64,000 nt of DNA from Acidobacteria bacterium RIFCSPLOWO2_12_FULL_68_19 (lineage in GTDB: Bacteria; Acidobacteriota; Vicinamibacteria; Vicinamibacterales; UBA2999), in assembly GCA_001767525.1 (NCBI GenBank), contig MELF01000023.1, forward strand, positions 4,682 through 68,681, read 5' to 3'. How positions within the stretch are numbered: position 1 is the stretch's first letter; each line of letters opens with the position of its first letter. The notes beneath the pieces were generated by a model that was not told the origin of the DNA, did no database searches, and was given only the letters and a program-made list of their open reading frames with translations. Positions 42,958 through 52,869 of the stretch are shown here, piece after piece. The position numbers and the translations under genes were made by a program.

Positions 42958-43902
42958 GTGGCGCCAGGACCCGCGCGCGGCGCACCTCGCCGCATCGACT
43001 TCCATCACCACTTCGTGCCCCCGCGTCACCTCGACGCGATCCTGGCGCAGCGGGAGAGCGGCCGGACGCCGTCCTGGTCGGCGGATCTCTCGGTGGCGGA
43101 AATGGACAGGAACGGGATTGCCACCGCCATCTGCTCGCTCGTGCAGCCTGGCGTCTGGCTCGGCGGGGTGGAGTCGTCGCGGGCGCTCGCCCGGGAGTGC
43201 AACGAGTACGGCGCGCGGATGGTGGCGGACCATCCGGGGCGGTTCGGCCTGTTCGCCGCCATTCCGCTTCCCGACGTGGACGGGAGCCTGCGCGAGATCG
43301 AGTACGCGCTGGACGGCCTCGGGGCGGACGGCATCGGCCTGATGACGAGCGTCGAGGAGAAGTACCTCGGCGATCCGGCGTTCGTCCCGGTCTACGAGGA
43401 ACTGGATCGGCGGCGGGCCCTGGTCTACGTCCACCCGACGCAGCCGACGTGCTGCAAGGGGCTCGTGCCCGGCGTCACGGTCTCGACCATCGAGTACGCC
43501 ACCGACACCACCCGCACGATCGCCAGCCTGATCTTCAGCGGCACCGTGGCGAAGTTCCCGAACATTCGGTTCATCTTCTCGCACGGCGGCGGCACAGTGC
43601 CCTTCCTGCTCGGCCGCTTCGAGCGCCTGGCGACCGAGAAGAAGGACCCGTGGCTAAAGGACGGCGCGGCGCCGCTGCTCAGGACGTTTCATTACGAGAT
43701 CGCCCAGGCCAACCATCCCGGGGCGCTCGATGCGCTGCTCCGGCTGGCGCCGGTCTCGAACGTGCTGTTCGGGAGCGATTATCCGTTTCGCCCCGCGTCG
43801 GAAGCGGTCGCGGGGCTGGCGGCCTATGCGTTCACGGACGACCAGCGCCGCGCCATCGATCGCGACAACGCCGAACGTCTCGTGCCGAAACTGAAGGGCT
43901 AG
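42958..43902 (+). CDS. amidohydrolase_2 (ACMSD/LigW-like) family protein
   Basis: RIDFHHHFVPP metal-binding start, IPLPDVDGSLREIEYAL, VYVHP, and FIFSHGGG...FGSDYPF end motif. Confidence 0.85.
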   Translation: MAPGPARGAPRRIDFHHHFVPPRHLDAILAQRESGRTPSWSADLSVAEMDRNGIATAICSLVQPGVWLGGVESSRALARECNEYGARMVADHPGRFGLFAAIPLPDVDGSLREIEYALDGLGADGIGLMTSVEEKYLGDPAFVPVYEELDRRRALVYVHPTQPTCCKGLVPGVTVSTIEYATDTTRTIASLIFSGTVAKFPNIRFIFSHGGGTVPFLLGRFERLATEKKDPWLKDGAAPLLRTFHYEIAQANHPGALDALLRLAPVSNVLFGSDYPFRPASEAVAGLAAYAFTDDQRRAIDRDNAERLVPKLKG

Positions 43903-43904
43903 GT

Positions 43905-43964
43905 GGTAGCCGGTAGCGGGCATCGGTGGTGACAGTGGCTACCGGCTACCAGCTACGAGCTAGC
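43905..43964. repeat. GGTAGC/GCTACC palindromic intergenic element, copy 2
   Basis: GGTAGCCGGTAGC (43905-43917) and its perfect complement GCTACCGGCTACC (43938-43950), followed by AGCTACGAGCTAGC. Lies between convergent genes. Confidence 0.7.
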
Positions 43965-43966
43965 GA

Positions 43967-46930
43967 TCAGAACGTCGCCCTGAACCCGAGCTGCAGCATC
44001 CGCGGCTGATACGCCACGTTCCCGTTGAAGGCCGGCTTGCCGTACTCCGGGCTGCTCTCGTTGAACACGTACGCACCGAAGTTCTCGTGGTTGAAGAGGT
44101 TGAACACCTCGAGGATGCCGTCGATCGACAGCCGCCCCACGATCGGCAGCCGCTGCTGCACGCGCATGTCGACGCGGTGGATCGGCTCGCCGACGATCCC
44201 GTTGCGGGGCAGGAACGAGCCGTCGGCGCGGAACCGCAGGCTCGGGGCAGCCGCACCCACGCCTTCAACGCGCCGGTCCACGCCGGTGGTCGTGGCAAAG
44301 CGCTCGCCGGACCCGAAGAAGTAGATGCCGCTCACCTGCAGGCCAGCGCCGACCTCCCAGAGACCATTGATGACGGCCCGGTGCCGCTGATCCCCGGCCT
44401 GGCCGAAGCCGGCCGCCAGCCACTGGCCGGCGTAGCCGTATTCGCCGCCCATGTCCGGCGCGAGCGGAAAGCCCGTCGGCCGCCGTGCCACCACGCCGTT
44501 GGAGCCGAGGTACCACTGATCTCGAACCGGCGTCGCGTCCCTGAAATACGAGAGCGTATAGGTCGCCATCGCTTGCCACCGGTTGCTGTACCGCTTGGTC
44601 CACGTGAAGTCTCCGGCGTGGTAGTTCGACCACCCCTCCAGCAGCTCGAAGTTCACCAGCCCCCAGTCGGGGAATGGCCGGCGGCTGATGTCGTTGAAGG
44701 AATAATTGGCGCCGGTCGCGGGGTTGTACGACAGGTTGGCGTTCACCTGGACTTCCTCGAGCCGCCCGCCCGTGTAGACGTAGTTGGCTTCGACGGACAT
44801 GTCGTTGCCGAGCTGGTGCTGAACGCCGGCCGAGGCCTGATGGCTGTAGGAGGTGTGCCGTCCGGGATAGTTGATCTCCTGGTTCAGCGTCCGCCGCACG
44901 CACCCGGGCACGAAGTTGACGTCGCAGGCGCGTAGCAGCGCCTGGGCCCGCGTCGGCTTCGGCCCGCCGAACTCGCCCTCGCCGCTCGGGCCCGTCCCGA
45001 ACCAGTTCGGCACGAAGTTGGAACGGCCGTCGCTGACGATCTCCATCTCGAAGGTCCGCTGGTACAGCTCCGACTGCTGCACGCCGTCATTGGGCGCGAA
45101 GGCGAAGAACAGGCCGTACCCGCCCCGGATCACGGTCCGGTCGTTGACGCGGAGGTTCAGGCCGACGCGCGGCGCCACGTTGTTGCTGTCGCGCGGCTGA
45201 TCGCCCGACAGCCACGGCAGGAACTTCAGCTTCTCGGAGTGGCCGTTGCTGTCGATATCGTACCGCACGCCGAGGTTGAGCGTCAGGTTGTCGCTCATCC
45301 TCCAGTCGTCCTGGAGCCATGCGGCAAAGACGTGGCGGGTGATGTAGTGCTTGTAGTCGTCATCCGACAGGCCGTGAAACACCCGAGTCGTAATCGGCGA
45401 AAGCGGGGCCAGGTTCCACGTGGATATGTCGTTCCATGTCGGGAAGAGCGCCTGAATGTTGGCTGGGACCGGGAAGTTGCGCGCGTCGAGCTCGCCCATG
45501 CAGCGGAGGCACCAGCGGAACTCGTTGTGAAAGCGGAAGTACTCGCCGCCGAGCTTCACGTCGTGCCGGCCGCCCCAGTCGTACGACGTCGTGAAATCGT
45601 CGCGGAGGGTCTGCGTGTCCTGGAAGATATTGAGCGCATTGGCGCCGATGGTATAGCCGCGCAGCTGCACGAGCGGCGGGCTGCCCTGCAGCACCGGATG
45701 GAAGGGGATCGGACCGCCCTTCCAGTTCACGTTCGGCTGGTCCTCTCGCGCGTAGTCGGTGGCGCCGGCGCGGACCTCGTTCACCGCCCGGCTGCTGAGC
45801 ACCTGGGTGAACGTGCCGTTGTACTGCGGCGCCACCCGCTTCCGCGTACCGCCCGCCGAAGGATGCGTGGTGGCGCTGCTGTTGCCGCCAAGCGCGTAGA
45901 AGAGGTTGTTGAACCCCGAGGCGCGCACCGACAGGCGCGTCTGCGACGTGAACTGGTAATCGAGGCGCCCCATCATCTTGTGCACGCGGCTCGGGAAGTT
46001 GACGTCGACGTTGAAGCTCGGGTACGGGCTCGTGTAGTAGAAGATCTTCGGCTCGCGCTCGTACTCGTACGCGCCGAAGAAATGGATGCGGTCCCGCCGG
46101 ATCGGCCCGCCGAAGGTCGTGCTCACCTGCTGGTTGGAATAGGACAGGACGCGCTTCTGAATGAAGTCCTCCGCGTTGAAGTTGTCGCTGCGGAAGTAGC
46201 CGCCGACGCTCCCGGCGAACGCGTTCGTTCCGGACTTCGTCACCGCATTCACGATCATCCCGGACGAACGCCCCATCGTCGCGTCGAACCGGTTGGCGAC
46301 CACGGTGAACTCGGCGATCGCGTCCCGGCTGAATCCCACCTGCTCGGTATCGGTCTGCGAGTGGTAGTTGATCGTCAACTGCTGACCGTCCACGTTGGTC
46401 TGCGAGTACCCCTGCCGGAACTGCACCATCCCGCCCCCCTCGTTCCGGCGGGCGCCCGGCGCCAGCAGCGTCAGGTCCATCCAGTTGCGTCCGTTGATCG
46501 GCAGCTCCTGCATCTGCCGCGGGTCGATGTTGGCGCCGATGGTCGAGCCGGTCGTGTCCACGAGCGGCGCCTCGCCGGTGACTGTGACCGTCTCCTGGAC
46601 CGCCGACGGCGACATCTGCAGGGGGACCGGGAGCGTCTGCCCGATCAGGATCTGGACCGCCCGCGTCACCGTGGTGAAGCCGGCGAGCTCGGCCGTAATC
46701 CGATAGTTCCCGACGCGCACCGGCAGCCGGAACTCGCCGCGCTCGTCGGTGACGGCGGTGAACGTGTTGCCGCTGGCTTCGTGCACCGCGGTAATCGTGA
46801 CGCCGGGCAGGACCCCGCCCGTGGAGTCGGCCACCGCACCGGCGAAGGTGGCTTCCTGGGCGTACGCGCCGGTAGGGAGCAGCAGGACCAGGGACACGAG
46901 AAGCACCCTCTTCAGGACGTCGGCTGTCAT
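43967..46930 (-). CDS. TonB-dependent receptor with N-terminal carboxypeptidase-regulatory-like domain (paralog 1)
   Basis: Start at MTADVLKRVLLVSLVLLLPTGAYAQ (ATG 46930). GGVLPGVTITAVHEASGNTFTAVTDERGEFRLPVRVGNYRI. Plug-like VDTTGSTIGANIDPRQMQELPINGRNW. C-terminal ...YQPRMLQLGFRATF. Confidence 0.9.
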   Translation of the reverse strand: MTADVLKRVLLVSLVLLLPTGAYAQEATFAGAVADSTGGVLPGVTITAVHEASGNTFTAVTDERGEFRLPVRVGNYRITAELAGFTTVTRAVQILIGQTLPVPLQMSPSAVQETVTVTGEAPLVDTTGSTIGANIDPRQMQELPINGRNWMDLTLLAPGARRNEGGGMVQFRQGYSQTNVDGQQLTINYHSQTDTEQVGFSRDAIAEFTVVANRFDATMGRSSGMIVNAVTKSGTNAFAGSVGGYFRSDNFNAEDFIQKRVLSYSNQQVSTTFGGPIRRDRIHFFGAYEYEREPKIFYYTSPYPSFNVDVNFPSRVHKMMGRLDYQFTSQTRLSVRASGFNNLFYALGGNSSATTHPSAGGTRKRVAPQYNGTFTQVLSSRAVNEVRAGATDYAREDQPNVNWKGGPIPFHPVLQGSPPLVQLRGYTIGANALNIFQDTQTLRDDFTTSYDWGGRHDVKLGGEYFRFHNEFRWCLRCMGELDARNFPVPANIQALFPTWNDISTWNLAPLSPITTRVFHGLSDDDYKHYITRHVFAAWLQDDWRMSDNLTLNLGVRYDIDSNGHSEKLKFLPWLSGDQPRDSNNVAPRVGLNLRVNDRTVIRGGYGLFFAFAPNDGVQQSELYQRTFEMEIVSDGRSNFVPNWFGTGPSGEGEFGGPKPTRAQALLRACDVNFVPGCVRRTLNQEINYPGRHTSYSHQASAGVQHQLGNDMSVEANYVYTGGRLEEVQVNANLSYNPATGANYSFNDISRRPFPDWGLVNFELLEGWSNYHAGDFTWTKRYSNRWQAMATYTLSYFRDATPVRDQWYLGSNGVVARRPTGFPLAPDMGGEYGYAGQWLAAGFGQAGDQRHRAVINGLWEVGAGLQVSGIYFFGSGERFATTTGVDRRVEGVGAAAPSLRFRADGSFLPRNGIVGEPIHRVDMRVQQRLPIVGRLSIDGILEVFNLFNHENFGAYVFNESSPEYGKPAFNGNVAYQPRMLQLGFRATF

Positions 46931-47027
46931 GGACACACCCTCCTCAGGTTTGGAACACAACCGAGAGACGAGGCCGGGACCGACGCCGGAATGAATGATG
47001 GAGCAGGAATAACGGAAGACAGGGTGG

Positions 47028-47057
47028 ACACTAGGCCATCGGCGGGCCCGGTGTCAA
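47028..47057 (-). promoter_or_regulatory. candidate promoter of TonB receptor paralog 1
   Basis: Minus strand reads TTGACA (47057-47052), an 18-nt spacer, then TAGTGT (47033-47028), about 100 nt upstream of ATG 46930. Confidence 0.3.
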
Positions 47058-47060
47058 TAC

Positions 47061-47127
47061 GCACTGGCGGTAGCACTGGCGGTAGCCGGTAGGCGGTAGC
47101 TGGTAGCCGCTACCGACTACCAGCTCC
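47061..47127. repeat. GGTAGC/GCTACC palindromic intergenic element, copy 3
   Basis: GCACTGGCGGTAGCACTGGCGGTAGCCGGTAGGCGGTAGCTGGTAGCCGCTACCGACTACCAGCT. Lies immediately downstream of the stop of TonB receptor paralog 2. Confidence 0.7.
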
Positions 47128-47136
47128 GAGCGGTCT

Positions 47137-50088
47137 TCAGAACGCGAGGCGGAAGCCGATCTGCAGCATCCGCGGCTGGTACGCCACGTTGCCGTTGAAC
47201 GACGGCTTCCCGTACTGCGCGTTGCCCTCGTTGGCGGTGTAGGAGCCGTAGTTCGCGTGATTGAACAGATTGAACACCTCGAAGAGGCCGTCGAGCGTCA
47301 CGCGCCCTCCCAGCGGGACCCGCTCCTGCAGTCGCAGGTCCACGCGGTGAATCGAATCGCCGATAATCGCCGCGCGTGGAATGATCGTGCCGTTGGCGCG
47401 CAGCCGCAACTCGGAGGCCGCGTTCGCCCCTTCGTTGCGCCGGTCGACACCGGTGTTGGTGGCAAACCGCTCGCCAGACCCGTAGAAGTAGATGCCGCTC
47501 ACCTGGAAGCCGTGCCCGGCGTCCCAGACGCCGTTCAGGACGGCCCGGTGGCGCTGGTCGCCCGCCTGGCCGAAGCCCGGGTTGATGGCCGAGCCGGCGT
47601 AGCCGTACGCCCCGCCCATGTCGGGGGCGAGCGGGACACCGACCGGCCGGCGCGCCATCACGCCGTCCGGCCCGAGGTACCACTGCGGCCGCTCCGGCAG
47701 CCCGTCCTTGAAGAACCCGAGGGTGTAGGTGGCGGTCGCCTGCCACCGGTTGCTGAAACGCCTGGTGAAGGTCAGATCCGTGCCGTGATAGTTGGACCGT
47801 CCTTCGAGATATTCGAGGAGCACGACACCCCAGTCGGGAAACGGCCGGCGGCTGATGTCGCTGAACGGATAGTTGGCGCCCGTGGCGGGGTTGTAGGTGA
47901 GGTTCGCGTTGTGGACGGTCTCTTCGAGGCGCCCCCCCGTGTACACGTAGTTCGCCTCGACCGACATCGTGTCCCCGATCTGGCGCTGCACGCCGACGGA
48001 GGCCTGATGGCTGTACGGCGTCCGGCGGCCGGGATAGCTGATTTCCTGCACGATGGCGCGCCGGACGCATCCGGCGACGAAGTTGACGTCGCACGCCCGC
48101 GCGAGCGACGCGTCCCAGCCCGGCCGCGGACCGCCCCATTCGCCGTCGCCGCCCGGGCCGGGACCGAACCAGTTTGGAACGAAATCGGCACGGCCGTCGT
48201 TGGCGATCTGGTACTCGAACCGGTGCACCATCGAGTAGCTCTGCTGGACGCCGTCGTTCGGCGAGAACGCAAAGAAGAGCCCGTAGCCGCCCCGGAGCAC
48301 CGTGCGGTCGTCGAGGCGGAGATTCACCCCCATCCGCGGCGCGACGTTGTTGCTGTCGTGCGGCAGATTGCCGGGGAGGAACGGCATCAGGGTCAGCTCC
48401 TCCGCATGCGCGTTGGAATCCCAGTCGTAGCGGACCCCGAGATTGAGCGTGAGCCGGTCGCCCAGGCGCCAGTCGTCCTGGATCCAACCGGCAAGGAGGT
48501 GGCGGACGACGTTGTAGTGGTGCTCGGTGTCCGACACCGAGTGGAACACCTGCGAGGTGAGCGGCGCCAGCGGCTGCAGGTTCCAGGTCGACGCATCGTT
48601 CCAGACGGGGAACAGCGCCTCGAGATTGGCCGGCGGCCGGCCCAGGCGCGCATCGATCTCGCCCATGCACCGGTTGCACCAGCCGAAGTCCACTTCGAAA
48701 CGGAAATACTCACCACCCATCTTGACGTCGTGGCGGCCGCCCCAGGCGTAGCTCGTCGTGTAGTCGTCGCGAACGCTCTGCGTGTTCTGGAAGATGTGGA
48801 ACGAGTTGGCACCGATCGTGTACCCCTGGAACTGGATGACGGGGGCGTTGCCGTTCAGCACAGGGCGGTACGGGAACTGTCCTCCCTTCCACCTGACCGA
48901 GGGCGCGTCCTGCCGCTCGTAGTCGGTCACCCCCACCCGGACTTCGTTCACCGACCGGTTGCTGAGCACCTGGGTCAGCGTCCCGTTGTACTGCGGCGTC
49001 TCACGGGTGCGCAGGCCGCCGGCCGACGGGTGACTCGTCGCCCCGCCGCCGGCATAGAACTCGTTGTTGAAGTACGACACGCGCCCCGAGAGCCGCGTCT
49101 GCGGCGTGAACTGTGCGTCGATTCGGCCGAGCACCTTGTGCACCCGGGTCGGGAATTCCTGGTCGATGTTGAAGCTCGGATAGGGGCTCGTGTACGTGTA
49201 GGTCTTCGGCTCGCGCTCGTACTCGTAGGCGCCGAAGAAGTGCACGCGATCGCGGCGGATCGGCCCGCCGACGGTCGTGCTCACCTGCTGGTTGGAGTAG
49301 GGCAGTACGCGGCGCGTGATGAAGTCCTTCGCATTGAAATCGTCGCTTCGGAAGTAGCCGCCGACCGAGCCTGCAAACGTGTTGGTCCCCGACTTGGTGA
49401 CCGCGTTGACGACCATCCCCTGGGAGCGTCCCTGCGTCGCGTCGAACCGGTTCGCGACCACTTCGAATTCTGCGATCGCATCCCGGCTGAACCCGGGCTG
49501 TTCCGTGTCGGTCTGCGAGTGATAGTTGACGGTGAGCTGCTGCCCGTCGACGTTGGTCTGCGAGTAGCCCTGGCGGAACTGCGCCAGGCCGCCCCCTTCG
49601 TTCCGCCGCGCGCCCGGTGCCAGCAGCGTCAGATCCATCCAGTTGCGGCCGTTGATCGGCAGCTCCTGCATCTGCCGCGGATCGATGTTCGCGCCGATCG
49701 TGGAGCTGGTCGTATCGACGAGCGGCGTCTCGCCGGTGACCGTCACCGTTTCCTGTACGGCCGACGGCATCATCTGCACGTCCATGTCGACCGTCTGACC
49801 GATGAGGACCTGGAGCGACCGGCTCACGGTGGTGAAGCCGGCCAGTTCCGCCGCAATCCGGTAGATTCCGACGCGCACGGGCAGCCGGAACTCGCCGCGC
49901 TCGTCGGTCACCGTCGTGAACGTGTTGCCGCTCGCCTCATGGACGGCGGTGATGGTGACGCCCGGCAGCACCCCGCCGGTCGCGTCGGTGATGCTCCCCG
50001 TGAAGGTCGCCTCCTGCGCGGAGGCAAACATGGGCAGGAACAGGATCACCAAAATGGCCAGGAACCAACGCGGCAATACCGATCTCAT
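47137..50088 (-). CDS. TonB-dependent receptor with carboxypeptidase-regulatory-like domain (paralog 2)
   Basis: 983 aa. Collinear with paralog 1 throughout (GGVLPGVTITAVHEASGNTFTTVTDERGEFRLPVRVGIYRI ... YQPRMLQIGFRLAF). SD AGGAGGG. Confidence 0.9.
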   Translation of the reverse strand: MRSVLPRWFLAILVILFLPMFASAQEATFTGSITDATGGVLPGVTITAVHEASGNTFTTVTDERGEFRLPVRVGIYRIAAELAGFTTVSRSLQVLIGQTVDMDVQMMPSAVQETVTVTGETPLVDTTSSTIGANIDPRQMQELPINGRNWMDLTLLAPGARRNEGGGLAQFRQGYSQTNVDGQQLTVNYHSQTDTEQPGFSRDAIAEFEVVANRFDATQGRSQGMVVNAVTKSGTNTFAGSVGGYFRSDDFNAKDFITRRVLPYSNQQVSTTVGGPIRRDRVHFFGAYEYEREPKTYTYTSPYPSFNIDQEFPTRVHKVLGRIDAQFTPQTRLSGRVSYFNNEFYAGGGATSHPSAGGLRTRETPQYNGTLTQVLSNRSVNEVRVGVTDYERQDAPSVRWKGGQFPYRPVLNGNAPVIQFQGYTIGANSFHIFQNTQSVRDDYTTSYAWGGRHDVKMGGEYFRFEVDFGWCNRCMGEIDARLGRPPANLEALFPVWNDASTWNLQPLAPLTSQVFHSVSDTEHHYNVVRHLLAGWIQDDWRLGDRLTLNLGVRYDWDSNAHAEELTLMPFLPGNLPHDSNNVAPRMGVNLRLDDRTVLRGGYGLFFAFSPNDGVQQSYSMVHRFEYQIANDGRADFVPNWFGPGPGGDGEWGGPRPGWDASLARACDVNFVAGCVRRAIVQEISYPGRRTPYSHQASVGVQRQIGDTMSVEANYVYTGGRLEETVHNANLTYNPATGANYPFSDISRRPFPDWGVVLLEYLEGRSNYHGTDLTFTRRFSNRWQATATYTLGFFKDGLPERPQWYLGPDGVMARRPVGVPLAPDMGGAYGYAGSAINPGFGQAGDQRHRAVLNGVWDAGHGFQVSGIYFYGSGERFATNTGVDRRNEGANAASELRLRANGTIIPRAAIIGDSIHRVDLRLQERVPLGGRVTLDGLFEVFNLFNHANYGSYTANEGNAQYGKPSFNGNVAYQPRMLQIGFRLAF

Positions 50089-50166
50089 GACGACCCTCCT
50101 ACGAGGCGGCGGCTCCGCCGAAATGTGATGTCTTGCTGCTATGTCCAGGGTGGTGGGTGGGGCATT

Positions 50167-51633
50167 CTAGCGCCGGTCGCCGAGGGAGCGCCAGCGCGCC
50201 AGCAGACCGGCCCGGTCCACTTGCCGGCCCCGCAGGTAGACGCCGGCGATCCGGCGCGTATTGGAGATGTTCTCCAGCGGATTGGCGTCGAGCACGATGA
50301 AATCGGCGCTCCGGCCGGGCGCCACTAGACCGGTATTCATCCGCGCGATGTCGGCGGCGTCGCGCGTGGCGGCGACAAGGGCCTCGGCCGGCGTCATCCC
50401 GATCGCGACGAGCGATTCCAGCTCCAGGTGGGCGAAGTACCCGATCCGGTGCCGGATCTGCCCCGTGTCGGTCCCGACGACGACGCGGATTCCCGCCGCG
50501 CGGAGCCGCATGGCGTTGCGGCCGTCGCGTTCGAGCGCCCGGCGCGCCTCCTCCACCTGCGCCGGCGTCAGCCGCGCCAGCTCGTCGGCCAGCTGCTCCT
50601 GGTTCTGCTGCGGCGGATACGTCTCGCCGAGCAGCGGATCGTCCAGCCACGCCGGGCGGCCGCCGCCCTGCGCGTTCATCCACGCGGGCCGAAGGCCCGG
50701 CGTCATCCACATGCGCGGCCGGTCGTTCTCCGCGACTCGCGCCCGGACCATCGCCAGGATCTCATCATCGACCTCGTCGCCGCCGCGCACCGGGACGTGC
50801 GTCCATCCTTCGACGCCGGCGCGCACCAGCTCCTTCGCGTCGGCGAGCGTCACGTTGTGGGCCGCGACGGGAATATTGCGCTTGGACGCTTCCTCGACAA
50901 TCGCGCGGTAGATCGGCGGCGTCAGCTTCTTCGCGCGTCCCTCTCGATCGTCCACCCAGATCTTGATGAAGTCCGGCTTCAGGCGGGCGTAGTCCTCGAC
51001 CGCCGCGCGCGCCTCGTCGACCGTCGTCACCGGGTAGGGCACGTCGGCGCGCGAGGGATGTCCCTGCGCGCCGGAGCCGGGCCACGCAATCCCCGGTCCG
51101 GTCGTGCGGAAGAGCGCCGCGCCCGGAACGATCTCTCCCTGGAGCCGCATCGGCACGTCGCCCCAGCCGGTCCGGCCGCCGCGCAGATCCGCGCGGTCCA
51201 CGAGATCGGCGATGCTCACCACGCCGGCGATGCCGTGGTAGGCCAGGCGCTCGAGATGATCGATGAGATTCTCGCGGGTGTACATCTGCTTCGACATCGA
51301 TCCGGCCGGCACGTCCTGGTAGCCGATGTGGCCGTGGAGGTCGACCATGGCGGGCATCACCGTCTTGCCGGTCAGATCCACGCGCCGGGCATCGTCGGGC
51401 ACCGGCAGCGCGCCCCGGCGGCCGGCCGCCGTGAACCGATCGCCCTGGACGAGGAAGACCGCGTCCTCGACGGCGGGGCCGCCGTCCCCTGAGATGAGCC
51501 GCGCCCCTTCGAAGGCGGTGACGTTGCCGGCCTGGCGCTCGGCCGGCGGCGAGCAGGCCGCCCCCGCGGCGAGACCGACGACGAGGAACAAGTAGATCGG
51601 GCAGGGCGCCGCTGGCGTCCGGACGTGGCGCAT
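50167..51633 (-). CDS. amidohydrolase-family metallohydrolase
   Basis: VMPAMVDLHGHIGY and DFIVLDANPLENISNTRRIAGVYLRG. N-terminal signal/lipobox (AGAACS). Paralog of 36207-37586. Confidence 0.85.
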   Translation of the reverse strand: MRHVRTPAAPCPIYLFLVVGLAAGAACSPPAERQAGNVTAFEGARLISGDGGPAVEDAVFLVQGDRFTAAGRRGALPVPDDARRVDLTGKTVMPAMVDLHGHIGYQDVPAGSMSKQMYTRENLIDHLERLAYHGIAGVVSIADLVDRADLRGGRTGWGDVPMRLQGEIVPGAALFRTTGPGIAWPGSGAQGHPSRADVPYPVTTVDEARAAVEDYARLKPDFIKIWVDDREGRAKKLTPPIYRAIVEEASKRNIPVAAHNVTLADAKELVRAGVEGWTHVPVRGGDEVDDEILAMVRARVAENDRPRMWMTPGLRPAWMNAQGGGRPAWLDDPLLGETYPPQQNQEQLADELARLTPAQVEEARRALERDGRNAMRLRAAGIRVVVGTDTGQIRHRIGYFAHLELESLVAIGMTPAEALVAATRDAADIARMNTGLVAPGRSADFIVLDANPLENISNTRRIAGVYLRGRQVDRAGLLARWRSLGDRR

Positions 51634-51642
51634 GGAAGGCTC

Positions 51643-52869
51643 CTAGACTGTCTGTTGCCTGAGGGGCACGGCGACGTGCGGCGCCGGGAACGGGTACGCG
51701 CCGAGGCGCGACACCAGCAGGCTGGCGCCGAGGAGCGCCGCGGCAAACGCCACCAGCGTCACGTCGTAGGACCGCGTCAGGTCGAAGGCGAGCGCCATCA
51801 GCACCGGCCCGAGGCCGGTGCCGAGCGTGAAGATGGCGAACAGGTACCCGTAGATCTCGCCGTAGGCGCGGAGGCCGAAGTACCGCCCCGCGAGGAAGCC
51901 GATCACGTCGACTTCGGCGCCGAGACCGAACCCGAGCGCCACGGCCGCCACGAGCGGCGCCACGCCGGCGGCCCCGGATGTCAGCAGCCCGATCGCGACG
52001 AGCGGCAGCAGAAAGATCGCGGCCGCGACGTACGGCCCGAAGAAGCGATCCATCAGATACCCGGAGATCACGCGCCCGCCGATCGTCGAGAGGCCGACCC
52101 CCGACAGCGTGGCGGTCGCCCGGCGCACGTCGACGCCGCGGTCGGTGAGCATCGGCACCAGGTGCCCGACCATCCCGTTGATCGTGGTGACGACCAGGAA
52201 CACCGCCACGGCCAGCAACCAGAAGCTCGGCGAGCGAAGGGCGGCGGCGACGGTGAGGCCCGGCAGCGCCGGATCCGCGCGACCAGGGGCCACCGCTCCA
52301 CGATCCGGTTCGCGGATGAACAATGCGACGGAGGGAAAGGCGACGGCAAACGTCAGCGCGCCGAGCGCGACATATCCCGCCCGCCATCCATATCCCTGAA
52401 TCACCCATCGGGCGAACTGCGGCACCAGCGTCGCACCCAGTCCGATGCCGGCCATCGCGATCCCCAGCGCCAGCCCGCGCCGCTCGTCGAACCAGGCCGA
52501 CACCGCCTTCGCGTACGCCGGCGGCGCCTGCCCGACGCTGACGAGTCCGCAGAAGCCGGCCAGGACGATGAAGACGACCGGCGAGGCCGGGCTGAGCGCG
52601 ACGGCGGCCGTGGCCAGGGCGAAGATCGGAATGAAGGTGAGCGTCACGCGGCGGATGCCGAGGCGATCGATCGCGCGCCCCATGAACGGATAGGCGAGCG
52701 CCGCCAGCGTGTGGCCGGCCAGCAGCGACGAGGCAAAGGTCGCCCGGTCCCACCCGAACTCGGTGGTAATCGGACCGAGGAACAGCCCGAACGTGAAGAA
52801 CACGATCGGGCCGTTGGCCACCATCAAGCCGAGCGTCGCGCCGAACACGACCCACCAGGGGCTCTTCAT
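51643..52869 (-). CDS. MFS transporter
   Basis: Start at MKSPWWVVFGATLGLMV (ATG 52869, ATGA overlap with the upstream gene). About 12 hydrophobic segments, with GRAIDRLGIRR between TM2 and TM3. Confidence 0.85.
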   Translation of the reverse strand: MKSPWWVVFGATLGLMVANGPIVFFTFGLFLGPITTEFGWDRATFASSLLAGHTLAALAYPFMGRAIDRLGIRRVTLTFIPIFALATAAVALSPASPVVFIVLAGFCGLVSVGQAPPAYAKAVSAWFDERRGLALGIAMAGIGLGATLVPQFARWVIQGYGWRAGYVALGALTFAVAFPSVALFIREPDRGAVAPGRADPALPGLTVAAALRSPSFWLLAVAVFLVVTTINGMVGHLVPMLTDRGVDVRRATATLSGVGLSTIGGRVISGYLMDRFFGPYVAAAIFLLPLVAIGLLTSGAAGVAPLVAAVALGFGLGAEVDVIGFLAGRYFGLRAYGEIYGYLFAIFTLGTGLGPVLMALAFDLTRSYDVTLVAFAAALLGASLLVSRLGAYPFPAPHVAVPLRQQTV

